DNA from: Bacteroidota bacterium
GTDB lineage: Bacteria > Bacteroidota > Bacteroidia > CAILMK01 > JAAYUY01
Direction of reading: 5' to 3'
Length of the DNA: 64,000 nucleotides
Assembly: GCA_016776505.1 (NCBI GenBank)
Contig: JADHTG010000012.1
Span: 223-64,222 of the forward strand
Of this stretch, positions 26,319 through 36,152 are shown one piece after another. A program made the position numbers and the translations under genes. Below the pieces are notes generated by a model, which was not told the origin of the DNA, did not search any database, and saw only the letters and a program-made list of their open reading frames with translations. The stretch's first letter is position 1; each line of letters starts with the position of its first letter.

Positions 26319-27299
26319 TTAAACCTGCTTATCAGTTTTAGCTTCTCCTTTCGACTCGCTCGAAGCATCCTTAACAGCGGTATCTGATTTTTCATCCTTT
26401 TTGGTCAAGGGATTTGCAGAATCAGGTTTTTCAGCAATTTTATCCGGTACTGTCTGCTCCTTGACAGCCGGTCTTTCTTTTCTTGGACGAAAATTCACTT
26501 CCCAAATAGTATTTGTTTCGCATTCAGGTGCACATTTTCTGCAAAGAGTACATTTATGTGGATCGATGTATGCCAGAAAATTTTCGATCTTAATCGCATC
26601 GAACTTACAGACTTTTTCACATTTGCGACAGGCTGTGCAGGTCACACTGCAATTGGCTTTTGCAGGTATTGCTTTTTCTTCATTCATACAGGCAACAAAA
26701 ATTCTCCTGTCTTTTTTACCCCTGGGTCTTAGCTCTAAAATATTTCTGGGACAAGCCTTTACACAAGCTCCGCACGCATTGCAATTATCCTTCACAACAG
26801 GCAGACCGGTTTGTTCGTCCATATACATTGCATCAAAGTCACAGGCTTCCACACAATCTCCACAGCCTAAGCAACCGTAAGCACATCCTCCTTCTCCGGA
26901 AAACAAGGCATTGGCCACAAAACAGGATTTTACTCCGTCATATTGTACTTTTTGAGGTGAATGTTCACAGCTTCCATTGCATCTTAATACAGCAATTTCA
27001 GGATCTTTCAGATCTGCTTCAAGTCCCAATGCCTGTCCAATATCAGTCATCAGATCAGCTCCACCTACTGGACAATTAAAGCCTTCCATATTTTCGGCCT
27101 TAACGATTTCCTCTGCAAAATTCCTACATCCCGCAAAGCCGCATCCCCCACAATTCGCGGCAGGAAGAACCTCTTCCACCTCATCTATGCGGGGATCTTC
27201 TATGACTTTGAATTTTTGGGCAACAAAAAAGAGGATTATTGCAGCAATTACTCCTATTGCACCTAGGGATATAACAGCATAAAGGATAATTTCGTTCAC
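26319..27299 (-). CDS. rnfB: Rnf complex subunit B (polyferredoxin) with K/E/D/S-rich C-terminal tail
   Basis: N-terminal anchor, CGGCGFAGC motif and several CxxCxxCxxxCP motifs. The last ~55 aa are low-complexity (..KEQTVPDKIAEKPDSANPLTKKDEKSDTAVKDASSESKGEAKTDKQV). Confidence 0.92.
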   Translation of the reverse strand: MNEIILYAVISLGAIGVIAAIILFFVAQKFKVIEDPRIDEVEEVLPAANCGGCGFAGCRNFAEEIVKAENMEGFNCPVGGADLMTDIGQALGLEADLKDPEIAVLRCNGSCEHSPQKVQYDGVKSCFVANALFSGEGGCAYGCLGCGDCVEACDFDAMYMDEQTGLPVVKDNCNACGACVKACPRNILELRPRGKKDRRIFVACMNEEKAIPAKANCSVTCTACRKCEKVCKFDAIKIENFLAYIDPHKCTLCRKCAPECETNTIWEVNFRPRKERPAVKEQTVPDKIAEKPDSANPLTKKDEKSDTAVKDASSESKGEAKTDKQV

Positions 27300-27453
27300 T
27301 TCTTTGCCTTTAAATTATCGTTAAATAGCTTGTTATTTATATTTCTTTGGGCGCAAATATATAAACATTAGGCATTATCAGAAATTAATATAATTGATTA
27401 TATCAAGTCTTAATAATAAGTAACTTAAGGAAAACTGACTAGAATAATAATGA

Positions 27454-27894
27454 CTATAAAAGAGGAATCTTCATTATTTTATAGCGAAATACTTTTTGTA
27501 AATGATCTTTAAAAAAATAAAGTATTACGTAATAAATTGCAGCCATAGCCAAAGACAGGCCGGCAGCGATGCTTTCTTTTTGAAAGAAAGATATTCCCAG
27601 AAAAAGAGTAATAATAATGACCGCGAATGGGAACAAATATCCAAGAAATAATGCCTTATAACCCAATGTATTTTCCATTCCGATCAATACTTTTTCCCCC
27701 ACTTCAAAGACTGTTTTGGGATTTCTGACTTCAATTACTTTTTCCTGAATATCTGAAAAGTTGCATGCTCCTTTTATATGGCAGCTGGCACATCCGGATT
27801 TGACGATTATTTTCACATCGACCTGTGAGGGAGAGGATTTAATTACTATTCCTTCGTGTTCAATATAGTTTTTCTGATCTGACATAAAAAACAC
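27454..27894 (-). CDS. RseC/MucC-family protein (SoxR-reducing-system type), first gene of the rnf operon
   Basis: N-terminal soluble domain with CASCHIKGAC, followed by two TM helices. The position upstream of rnfB is typical for this family. Confidence 0.75.
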   Translation of the reverse strand: MFFMSDQKNYIEHEGIVIKSSPSQVDVKIIVKSGCASCHIKGACNFSDIQEKVIEVRNPKTVFEVGEKVLIGMENTLGYKALFLGYLFPFAVIIITLFLGISFFQKESIAAGLSLAMAAIYYVILYFFKDHLQKVFRYKIMKIPLL

Positions 27895-28031
27895 TTTGTA
27901 TTAAGATCTTTGGTGTTTTTAATATTCTCAAAGATGAGCATTTTTCAATTGATAAGATGACATCAGACAGGCCTGTTCGAATTATAAACATCAAAACGAG
28001 CAAAGACTATACTCATTGTAATATTCAGAGT

Positions 28032-28054
28032 TACTGCCTGACTAGCAGGCAGTA
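28032..28054. other. Perfect 9-bp GC-rich hairpin in the rseC/sodA intergenic region
   Basis: tactgcctg-actag-caggcagta. No U-tract on either strand. It lies 120 nt past the sodA stop and 140 nt upstream of the rseC ATG. Confidence 0.3.
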
Positions 28055-28176
28055 TTCTGCCGTTCCATCCTGTTTTATTCGTTTTTCTGCTCAGGCTACC
28101 ATAAAAGTTTGGAAGATACGAGAAAGCCGTCAGCCAGTTTTTACAATGAAGACAAACAATGTAAAAACTATATTTA

Positions 28177-28788
28177 TTACTTGCTCAAATGCTGAAAACT
28201 TGTCGATATAGCATCCCAGTTGACAACATTCCAGAATGCGCTGATATAATCAGCTCTCCTGTTTTGATAATTCAGATAGTACGCATGTTCCCAGACATCC
28301 AGCCCCAGAATGGGTGAACCTTTGCATTCAGCGATATCCATTAAAGGATTATCCTGGTTAGGGGAAGAACAGACACTTAATTTCCCATTGTTATCCAAAC
28401 ACAACCATGCCCATCCTGAGCCAAAACGTGTCATTGCAGATTTACTGAATGTATCTTTAAAAGTATCAAATGATCCGAATTCTGAGTTGATCGCGTCCAT
28501 TAATGAACCGGCAGGTTGTCCGCCTCCCCGTGGAGACAATATTTTCCAGAATAATGTATGATTGAAGTGTCCACCACCATTGTTGCGGACTGCTGCCGGG
28601 TATTTTGAAATATTTTTTATAATATCCTCCAGGTTTTTTTCTATGCCATCTGTTCCCTTAAGGGCATTATTTAAGTTGCTCACATAAGCAGCATGATGTT
28701 TTCCATGATGAATTTCCATGGTTCTTGCGTCAATATGCGGAGCTAATGCATCAAAGGCATAATCTAGATTTGGTAATTCAAAAGACAT
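28177..28788 (-). CDS. sodA: Superoxide dismutase, Mn-type signature
   Basis: [19 protein letters not shown] (compare GGHANHSLFW of E. coli SodA) and [15 protein letters not shown]. Confidence 0.9.
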   Translation of the reverse strand: MSFELPNLDYAFDALAPHIDARTMEIHHGKHHAAYVSNLNNALKGTDGIEKNLEDIIKNISKYPAAVRNNGGGHFNHTLFWKILSPRGGGQPAGSLMDAINSEFGSFDTFKDTFSKSAMTRFGSGWAWLCLDNNGKLSVCSSPNQDNPLMDIAECKGSPILGLDVWEHAYYLNYQNRRADYISAFWNVVNWDAISTSFQHLSK

Positions 28789-29005
28789 TTGTTTGTTTTT
28801 AATTGTACGAATTATTTATTTAGAACTATTCTTGTTTATACAAAAGCTATACCAGTTTTGTTTAACTGATTGTGAATAATTATGAAGTTTCATTTTTTCT
28901 GCAGACAAGTCAAAGCCAGCGCAATTTTCTGCTTTAACTCACTTTACAAAAAACAGGGCAGATGATTGAATAAATCTAAGAAAGAAGTAATTTAAAATAT
29001 CTGAT

Positions 29006-29581
29006 TTACAATCTACTGTTAACCATTTCCCAATTCACCAATTTCCAGAAAGCGCTGATATAATCAGGTCTCCTGTTTTGATAATCCAGGTAATAGGCAT
29101 GCTCCCAGACATCACATGTAAGCAATGGTTTCAATCCATCGGTTAAAGGATTGGCTGCATTGGCAGTTTTGACAATTTCCAGTTTCCCTTCTTTGTTTAA
29201 AACCAACCAGGCCCATCCGGAAGCAAATTGAGTGGCTGCGGCATTACTGAACTTTTCTTTAAATAAATCAAAAGATCCAAATGAATCATCGATCATTTCA
29301 GCCAGTTTCCCGCTGGGTTTTCCTCCTCCCTGAGGTACAAATCCTTCCCAATAAAAGGTATGGTTCCAGACCTGGGCTGCATTATTAAATAGTCCAGCAT
29401 CCGAATTCAGGATGATATATTCCAGATCCATGTTCTCAAACTCGGTTCCTGCAATTAACTTATTAAGATTATTGACATAAGCCTGATGATGTTTTCCATA
29501 ATGAAAACTTATTGTTTTTGCACTGATTACAGGCTCCAGATCATCACTTCCATAAGGAAGTTTAGGTAATTCAAATGACAT
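29006..29581 (-). CDS. sodB: Superoxide dismutase, Fe-type signature
   Basis: [19 protein letters not shown] (as in E. coli SodB) and [15 protein letters not shown]. Confidence 0.9.
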   Translation of the reverse strand: MSFELPKLPYGSDDLEPVISAKTISFHYGKHHQAYVNNLNKLIAGTEFENMDLEYIILNSDAGLFNNAAQVWNHTFYWEGFVPQGGGKPSGKLAEMIDDSFGSFDLFKEKFSNAAATQFASGWAWLVLNKEGKLEIVKTANAANPLTDGLKPLLTCDVWEHAYYLDYQNRRPDYISAFWKLVNWEMVNSRL

Positions 29582-29815
29582 GATTTTAATTGTGTTTTAG
29601 ATATAAAAATAAAAGAGATTAATATACTAATTATAGATGTATATATTTTATGACGTTCAAATGCTTAGCTTCCAAACAAAGCAAAAGACGGCCCTTAGAA
29701 CAAATAAGCAATTTAATCATTTTTACATATTAAATAACGAGCTTTAATTTTGTAAAGTATTATTTCAACTACTAAACAGGTTAAGATAAGCTCAATATAA
29801 AAATATTAGAATAAA

Positions 29816-31096
29816 TCAATAGGTATTCAGGAGAATCATTTCCCTGATTGCCTGCGTACAAACAGGGCAAAATCGATTTCGGATGGCAGCTCGCATGGAA
29901 CAATTAAACAATGGCCTGTAAACTCCTTTTGCCAAATATCCAGCTCCTTCATATGCACCAAGTATTTCTTTTCCGAAAATATCAGATGAGGTAGGGATCG
30001 GGGTCGTAATTTCCACCATATTGGCCCATTTTTCCTTAAAATTTTGCAAAGTAGTGATATTGGGTTGCCAGGGTTCCACATCCAGGAAAATCTTTTCTTC
30101 ATAAGGTATGTTTTCCACGTATTCATCAGCCAGGCCTGCAAATGAATGTCCAAATTCATGAGATAATACATAATCTGACATTTTATGGTCAGAAGTGAAA
30201 GTTGCATAATGATTGTAAATTCCTCCTCCTCCATATTCATTTGAATTGACTAAAATAACAACCTGGTCAAAAGGTACTACACAAGCTGCATCCATCACTT
30301 TCCAATAACTTTCAGTCATTAAATATCGTTCGCTTCCAAAAGTATTGAAAGAACAGTCAAAACGGGTATCTTCAAAATGCAGGAATTGGGGAAAATCGGT
30401 ACCTGTGTTCTTCGACCAGGTTTCAATGGCGATTACATTAAAATCTTTCTTATTCTTTCTGTAAGGAGAATTCCTAAGCAACTTTTTGACATGAATTCTT
30501 ACATCTTTCAGGTATTTCGACTTCAGTTCTTCTGTATACCCATCCGGTAGAAAAACAATATCCACTTTTTTATGGGGTTCCCCATTCTTAAGAACGTATT
30601 TATATAAAAGTTCATTTTGACTGGAGGTGATCTTATCATCCTGTGGATTGATATTGTACTCTATTAATGTTTCAAAAGAATTATCTCTTTTTCTTGATTG
30701 TATTAAAACATTTATTGCAAATTTTGGAAAGGGGAACAATATAGTTTCCTCGTATGCCTTCAGGGTATCTTTCGCTCTTTTTGTTTCCTGCCATTCTTCA
30801 AATAAAGTGGAGAATCCCCTTTGATAAATCAGTTTACCGCTTCTCAGGTCATATACCAGTACACGATAATTTCCATAATTCAGTGGATCTATCATGATGG
30901 TTTTTGAACCACCCCAGAGATCTATTTTTTGTACCTGGACTATTTCAATGGATTGCGTATCATAACCCCCGATTAAGTAGAAGTCAACCCGGCAAGCTTC
31001 ATCAGTAAAAAAGGAGGAGTAAACAGGTTGTTCGCCAGCGTATGAAGTATTAAATAATATAATTAAAAGGATTACTATTAATTTGTGTTCTTTCAT
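29816..31096 (-). CDS. Peptidase M64 (IgA-peptidase-like zinc metalloprotease)
   Basis: Signal peptide and HEFGHSFAGLADEY, the characteristic M64 active-site block. Confidence 0.85.
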   Translation of the reverse strand: MKEHKLIVILLIILFNTSYAGEQPVYSSFFTDEACRVDFYLIGGYDTQSIEIVQVQKIDLWGGSKTIMIDPLNYGNYRVLVYDLRSGKLIYQRGFSTLFEEWQETKRAKDTLKAYEETILFPFPKFAINVLIQSRKRDNSFETLIEYNINPQDDKITSSQNELLYKYVLKNGEPHKKVDIVFLPDGYTEELKSKYLKDVRIHVKKLLRNSPYRKNKKDFNVIAIETWSKNTGTDFPQFLHFEDTRFDCSFNTFGSERYLMTESYWKVMDAACVVPFDQVVILVNSNEYGGGGIYNHYATFTSDHKMSDYVLSHEFGHSFAGLADEYVENIPYEEKIFLDVEPWQPNITTLQNFKEKWANMVEITTPIPTSSDIFGKEILGAYEGAGYLAKGVYRPLFNCSMRAAIRNRFCPVCTQAIREMILLNTY

Positions 31097-31118
31097 AAAC
31101 TATGTGAAAAATAACATT

Positions 31119-31126
31119 CAAAAATA
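31119..31126 (-). promoter_or_regulatory. Candidate -7 promoter box for the M64 peptidase gene
   Basis: caaaaata is the reverse complement of TATTTTTG. It lies 23 nt upstream of the ATG at 31096. Confidence 0.4.
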
Positions 31127-31312
31127 ATTGTAAAATAGAACAAAAACCGCATGAAATTATAATTCATTGTTTTTTAACACATTAGGAAATAATTATTTGA
31201 TTTATGCTGTTAGTAATATAACAGCTTTGTATATTTACAGCTTCAGAATCTGAAGAAATGGATGGATTAAAAAGGATATGAACATCAATCCTCATGACTT
31301 ATAAATGTATTG

Positions 31313-32005
31313 ATGAACCTGAGAAAAAAAATTGATAGCTTGATCAAAAATGACAATCTGGGAAAATTATTAATAGAATCTGCCAGACTTCATGGACATT
31401 ATTGTCCGGGACTTGCTTTAGGAGTAATGGCAGCCCAATATGCCATGAAGCAAATTGATTCCACATCGGATGGTTTAGAAGACATGATCGCCATAACTGA
31501 AACGAATAATTGCTTTTCGGATGGAGTCCAATATGTCACAGGTTGTACTTTTGGCAATAACGCATTGGTCTTTAATGATTTTGGTAAAACAGCCTTCACT
31601 TTATGCAAGAGGGATGGCTATGGAATAAGGATATCTGTCCAGGCCAATTCTAAAGAATATATTCATAAAAAGACCAATGGATTTACAAAAAATTACAAAC
31701 AGGTAGTGGAAAATCATAACAGAGATGTTAATGAAGTCACAAAATATAAAAAAAAGGGTAAGAAGGCAGCTTTCGCATTGCTGGATTTAGACTTCAGGCA
31801 AATTTTCAAAGTAGAGCAAATTAAAACAGTTATACCAGCTTATGCACCCTCTCATCAAAGTCTTATTTGTGATGTATGTGGAGAATCTGTCATGTCCACC
31901 AGGATCATTGAAAAAGCTAAAAAGAAAGTATGTAAAAGCTGCAGCTCACACTCTTATATGCAACTGAACGGGGATGGTATCCTTATAAAACACCCAGCTA
32001 AATGA
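31313..32005 (+). CDS. FmdE-domain protein with C-terminal zinc ribbon
   Basis: HGHYCPGLALGV is the FmdE/FwdE-domain hallmark. C-terminal CDVCGE...CKSC. I prefer the ATG at 31313 over the TTG at 31310. Confidence 0.8.
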   Translation: MNLRKKIDSLIKNDNLGKLLIESARLHGHYCPGLALGVMAAQYAMKQIDSTSDGLEDMIAITETNNCFSDGVQYVTGCTFGNNALVFNDFGKTAFTLCKRDGYGIRISVQANSKEYIHKKTNGFTKNYKQVVENHNRDVNEVTKYKKKGKKAAFALLDLDFRQIFKVEQIKTVIPAYAPSHQSLICDVCGESVMSTRIIEKAKKKVCKSCSSHSYMQLNGDGILIKHPAK

Positions 32006-32700
32006 ATAATGAATTATTAATATTAACAGGAAGTGCTGCATCACTAGGATTTATTCACACACTTCTGGGACCAGATCACTACCTTCCATTTATCGTTATG
32101 TCGAAAGTGCGTAAATGGAAACTTTATAAAACTATACTGGTCACAACATTATGCGGAGTAGGACATGTTGGCAGTTCTATCATGGTAGGCTCTTTGGGGA
32201 TAGGTTTCGGAATAGGATTAAATAAATTGATCAGGTTTGAAAGCCTAAGAGGGAGTCTTGCAGCCTGGGCATTCATGTTATTCGGATTAATCTATATGAT
32301 TTGGGGAATATACAGGGCGGTAAAGAACAAAGCTCACAAACATGTACATGTGCACGATGGGGAAATTCACAATCATGAGCATGTACATAAAAATGACCAC
32401 GATCATGTGCACAGAACCAATCTCACTCCCTGGATTCTTTTCCTCATTTTTGTTTTGGGGCCATGTGAACCCCTTATTCCTTTGCTGATGTTTCCTGCCG
32501 TGGAAGCCAGTACATTTGGAGTTTTTATTGTTGCATCTGTTTTTTCAATTGTAACGATTTCAACCATGCTGACACTCGTTCTTCTTATTTCAAAGGGTGT
32601 TAGTTTTATATATCTCAAAAAACTGGAAAGATATTCACATGCAATAGGCGGAGCAATTATTTTGTTATCGGGGATGGGAATTCAGTTCCTGGGATTTTGA
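32002..32700 (+). CDS. Metal (probably Ni/Co) transporter-like membrane protein with His-rich loop
   Basis: TM1 motif GFIHTLLGPDHYLPF resembles the HupE/UreJ signature GFxHPxxGxDHxL. The central loop is HKHVHVHDGEIHNHEHVHKNDHDHVH. An ATGA start/stop overlap with the FmdE-like gene. Confidence 0.5.
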   Translation: MNNELLILTGSAASLGFIHTLLGPDHYLPFIVMSKVRKWKLYKTILVTTLCGVGHVGSSIMVGSLGIGFGIGLNKLIRFESLRGSLAAWAFMLFGLIYMIWGIYRAVKNKAHKHVHVHDGEIHNHEHVHKNDHDHVHRTNLTPWILFLIFVLGPCEPLIPLLMFPAVEASTFGVFIVASVFSIVTISTMLTLVLLISKGVSFIYLKKLERYSHAIGGAIILLSGMGIQFLGF

Positions 32701-32725
32701 GTACTGGTTAAACCAATAAAACAGT

Positions 32726-33289
32726 TTATTTACAGCTTTTTTCTTCAAGCAAATGATTCATTTTTAAAATGATATCATCCACATTCTCTTTTATCATGAT
32801 TTCCTGAACCTGGTCCAGGACCCTGCTCAAATTATCTTTTGCCTGCCTGCTCAGGCTGTCACCGAAATCCCATTCATATCCTTTTATATGCAATAAATAA
32901 GTGGGTGGATTTTTATGATAAATTTGTTGACACAGATCTAAAATCAGTGAAGGAGAAACCGAATGCATACTCGTACCAATTTCCGTATCGGAATGTTTTA
33001 CTTTACTGAAACAATAGTCAGCTATTTCTTCATTTGAGGCATCGACAAAAAGAACCAGTTTCTTAGTGGATATAATTTCTGCATCTTCCATATTTAACTG
33101 GAAACTATTCCTGCATTCAATGTGTTTTATCCTGTTCTTTACAATCCAGTTCTCAAAAGCTTCAATAAAAGCATAGCCCAAACCATCATCCTGGCGACCC
33201 GGATTTCCATATCCATATACCAATACATCAAGCTTTGCCAAATCAGTCAGATTTTCAATTATTAATTCATTTTTAGTTAAGATCGCCAC
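32726..33289 (-). CDS. [NiFe]-hydrogenase maturation endopeptidase (HybD/HyaD-like)
   Basis: VLVYGYGNPGRQDDGLGYAF matches the GxGNxxxxDDGxG motif, with downstream Asp (FVDA) and His. The start codon is uncertain: GTG at 33289, with no nearby ATG. Confidence 0.8.
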   Translation of the reverse strand: MAILTKNELIIENLTDLAKLDVLVYGYGNPGRQDDGLGYAFIEAFENWIVKNRIKHIECRNSFQLNMEDAEIISTKKLVLFVDASNEEIADYCFSKVKHSDTEIGTSMHSVSPSLILDLCQQIYHKNPPTYLLHIKGYEWDFGDSLSRQAKDNLSRVLDQVQEIMIKENVDDIILKMNHLLEEKSCK

Positions 33290-33366
33290 ATAGATAACTA
33301 CTAAAAAATATCATCAAATATGTTTAAGAACCTTATTTAAGATGGTTTTATATTATTTCAAAAGTA

Positions 33367-33374
33367 TAAGTTTG
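33367..33374 (+). promoter_or_regulatory. Candidate -7 promoter box for hypF
   Basis: taagtttg matches TAnnTTTG. Confidence 0.4.
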
Positions 33375-33408
33375 TATTGGATATAATTTCTTTTTGAGCA
33401 GTTTAATA

Positions 33409-35682
33409 ATGAAAGGGCTTTACATGAAATCCAAGCGTATCCGCATAAAGGGATTGGTTCAGGGTGTAGGTTTCAGACCTTTTATTTATTTATTGGCAAA
33501 CAAGCACCACATTCATGGATGGATTGAAAACAGGAATGACGGAGTTCTGGTTCTAGCTGAAGGTACTGAAAGCAATTTAAAATCCTTTATACAGAAAATT
33601 CCGATAGAAGCTCCACTTGCATCGAATATTTTTTCAATAGATATTTTTGATGAAGAATTTAAAAACCATGACAAGTTTCAAATAGTTAAAAGCAAAAGTA
33701 CTTCTGCTGAAATAACAGAAATAAGCCCCGACATAGCTGTTTGTGAGCTGTGTTTAAAGGACATTAAACAGCAGGAACACCGGCTGCATTATCCATTGGT
33801 CAACTGCACTCACTGCGGCCCCCGTTTCTCAATAATCAAGGACCTGCCCTACGACAGGCATAAAACCACCATGGATGCTTTTCCTATGTGTTCTATTTGT
33901 GAGGAAGAATATACAATGATCACCAACAGGCGGTTTCATGCCCAACCTGTTGCCTGTAATACCTGCGGCCCGGCTTATTTACTGGAATATCAAAACCGGG
34001 AATTTTCAGATATCCATGATATACTGGAAATGACTTCCAATCTGATTGATGATGGTAAAATTATAGCCATAAAAGGGCAAGGGGGTTTTCACCTGGCCTG
34101 CGATGCGACTCAGGAAGAGGCAGTATCCGGCTTACGGAAACATAAGATCAGGGAAGGAAAACCTTTTGCCGTCATGATCGCAGATATTAAAAGTGTTTCA
34201 GAATATGCCTATTTAAATGGATCATCAAAAAACTTGTTAAGCTCCTGGCAGCGTCCCATTGTTTTGCTTGAATCAAAAAAGAAAACAGCAAATTCTGTTT
34301 GCAATGAATTGAAAACCATTGGTGTAATGCTTCCCTATATGCCCTTTCACTATTTGCTTTTTGAAAAATTGAAAACGAATGCCATTGTATTAACAAGTGG
34401 AAATGTCTCCAACGAACCCATTATTATTGAAAATGAAAAAGCAAAAAATAGTCTGAGTATCTATTACGATGCTCTTATTACCTATAACAGGGATATATAT
34501 AACCGATCAGATGATTCTGTTGCTTTTGTAGCGAATGAAAAAAGCAGGTTGGTACGAAGATCAAGAGGCTTTGCCCCTTCACCTATCTATCAAAAAGCAA
34601 ATATGGATGGTATTTTTGCGGCCGGGGCAGAGCTGGAAAACTGCTTTGCCATCGGAAAAGGAGAACAGGTTATTTTAAGCCAGCATATTGGCGATCTAAA
34701 GAATCTGGAAACCCTGGAGTTTTATGCAGAATCAATTGATCGTTATAAAAAACTTTACCGGTGGTCTCCATCCCTGGCTGTTGCCGATTTACATCCCGAT
34801 TATTTATCCACTAAATATGCTAAAGAATTAAATATTTCATTTGTTCAGGTTCAGCATCATCATGCTCATATTGCATCCTGCATGGCTGAACATGGTTTGG
34901 ATGAAATGATGATAGGTGTGAGCTTTGATGGGACTGGACTGGGGGATGATGGTCAATTTTGGGGAGGAGAATTCCTTGTTTGTGATTTAAATGATTATCA
35001 ACGGATTACTCATTTTGATTATGTACCCATTCCCGGAGGAGACAAAGCCATTTACGAACCCTGGAGAACTGCAGTTTCTTATCTATATCAGTATTACAAG
35101 GATGATTTATTTGCTTTGGACCTGGATTTTCTAAAAAATATTCCTAGAGAAGAACTGCTATTCATAATTGATATGATAAAAACAAAAATCAACAGTCCGT
35201 TGAGTTCAAGTGCCGGAAGGTTGTTTGATGGAGTGTCAGCTTTACTTCAAATTTGTCGCAAGGCTAGTTTTCATGCAGAAGCTCCCATGCTCTTAGAGTC
35301 TATTATTGACCAAAATGAATCCGGAATTTATGCATACGATCCAGGTAAAAACATTTCATTTAAGGCTACATTCCAAGAACTAATACAAGATATTAAAAAC
35401 AAAATAGCTCTTTCTAAAATAGCTGCAAAATTTCATAATACTATTATACAGCTTATTTTTGGAGCTGTTAAAAATATCAGCGAAGAATATAATTTAAACA
35501 AAGTGGTCCTGTCTGGTGGTTGTTTTCAGAATAAATATATTTTAGAAAGAGTTGAAAGAAAACTGATAGAGTATGGCTTTGATGTTTATACGCATAGTAA
35601 AATTCCTTCAAATGACGGAGGAATAGCTCTTGGACAAATAGCTATAGCAGCAAAAAAGAGAGAATTGGGTTTAATTAAGTAA
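33409..35682 (+). CDS. hypF: Carbamoyltransferase HypF
   Basis: Acylphosphatase motif IRIKGLVQGVGFRPF, two CxxC-x18-CxxC zinc fingers (CELC..CTHCGPRF; CSIC..CNTCGP), and YrdC-like and Kae1-like domains. The start is the ATG at 33409 or 33424; the ORF track uses a TTG at 33394. Confidence 0.95.
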   Translation: MKGLYMKSKRIRIKGLVQGVGFRPFIYLLANKHHIHGWIENRNDGVLVLAEGTESNLKSFIQKIPIEAPLASNIFSIDIFDEEFKNHDKFQIVKSKSTSAEITEISPDIAVCELCLKDIKQQEHRLHYPLVNCTHCGPRFSIIKDLPYDRHKTTMDAFPMCSICEEEYTMITNRRFHAQPVACNTCGPAYLLEYQNREFSDIHDILEMTSNLIDDGKIIAIKGQGGFHLACDATQEEAVSGLRKHKIREGKPFAVMIADIKSVSEYAYLNGSSKNLLSSWQRPIVLLESKKKTANSVCNELKTIGVMLPYMPFHYLLFEKLKTNAIVLTSGNVSNEPIIIENEKAKNSLSIYYDALITYNRDIYNRSDDSVAFVANEKSRLVRRSRGFAPSPIYQKANMDGIFAAGAELENCFAIGKGEQVILSQHIGDLKNLETLEFYAESIDRYKKLYRWSPSLAVADLHPDYLSTKYAKELNISFVQVQHHHAHIASCMAEHGLDEMMIGVSFDGTGLGDDGQFWGGEFLVCDLNDYQRITHFDYVPIPGGDKAIYEPWRTAVSYLYQYYKDDLFALDLDFLKNIPREELLFIIDMIKTKINSPLSSSAGRLFDGVSALLQICRKASFHAEAPMLLESIIDQNESGIYAYDPGKNISFKATFQELIQDIKNKIALSKIAAKFHNTIIQLIFGAVKNISEEYNLNKVVLSGGCFQNKYILERVERKLIEYGFDVYTHSKIPSNDGGIALGQIAIAAKKRELGLIK

Positions 35683-35692
35683 TTAATATATC

Positions 35693-35956
35693 ATGTGTTT
35701 GAGTGTACCGGCAAAAGTTTTAGAGATTCATGGAGAAATGGCAAAAGTTTCATTGGGAGGAATTGAATATGAAGCCAGTCTTCAAATTGTTGAAGATATT
35801 CAGGTGGGCGATTATGTTTTGCTACATACCGGATATGCGATACAAAAGCTCAGCGAGGAGGAGGCTATGGAAACACTGAAGCTATTCGAAGAATTGAAAG
35901 AATTGAATAAACAAATAGAAGAAGAGGAAAAAGATGAAAGAGGGAGGACAGATTGA
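35693..35956 (+). CDS. hypC: Hydrogenase assembly chaperone HypC
   Basis: N-terminal MCLSVPAKV with the essential Cys2. 87 aa with an acidic tail. Confidence 0.9.
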   Translation: MCLSVPAKVLEIHGEMAKVSLGGIEYEASLQIVEDIQVGDYVLLHTGYAIQKLSEEEAMETLKLFEELKELNKQIEEEEKDERGRTD

Positions 35957-36152
35957 AAGTTAAAGGTTAAAAGTTCCTGACTTCGCTAAAGCTTCGTCAG
36001 GTAAAAAAAGTTGTGCCGAAGGCATCCTCTGAAGGAGACTCCTATGGACCTTTGGGAAAAGGTGTAAAACCAATTATTAATTAAACCATGAATTTATCCA
36101 TCTTACCTGCCTCCAAATACGCAAGAGCAGGCAAAGTAGTTTAAGCATCAAA

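Noticed and set aside
27394-27406. TTGATTATATCAA between rseC and rnfB, resembling an FNR box
   Set aside because: The half-sites are separated by 3 bp, not 4. It lies inside an operon between two co-oriented genes. Chance occurrence in AT-rich DNA is plausible.
27957-28211. 84-aa plus-strand ORF in the rseC/sodA intergenic region
   Set aside because: It has no recognisable motif, overlaps the 3' end of sodA, and has no -7 box or plausible translation signal. I treat it as non-coding. The hairpin at 28032..28054 is listed separately.
28870-28887. TTGTGAA half-site, found when looking for a Rex operator (TTGTGAA-N4-TTCACAA)
   Set aside because: The second half-site reads TATGAAG, not TTCACAA. 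I found no convincing full Rex operator by eye anywhere in the window, but this needs a matrix scan.
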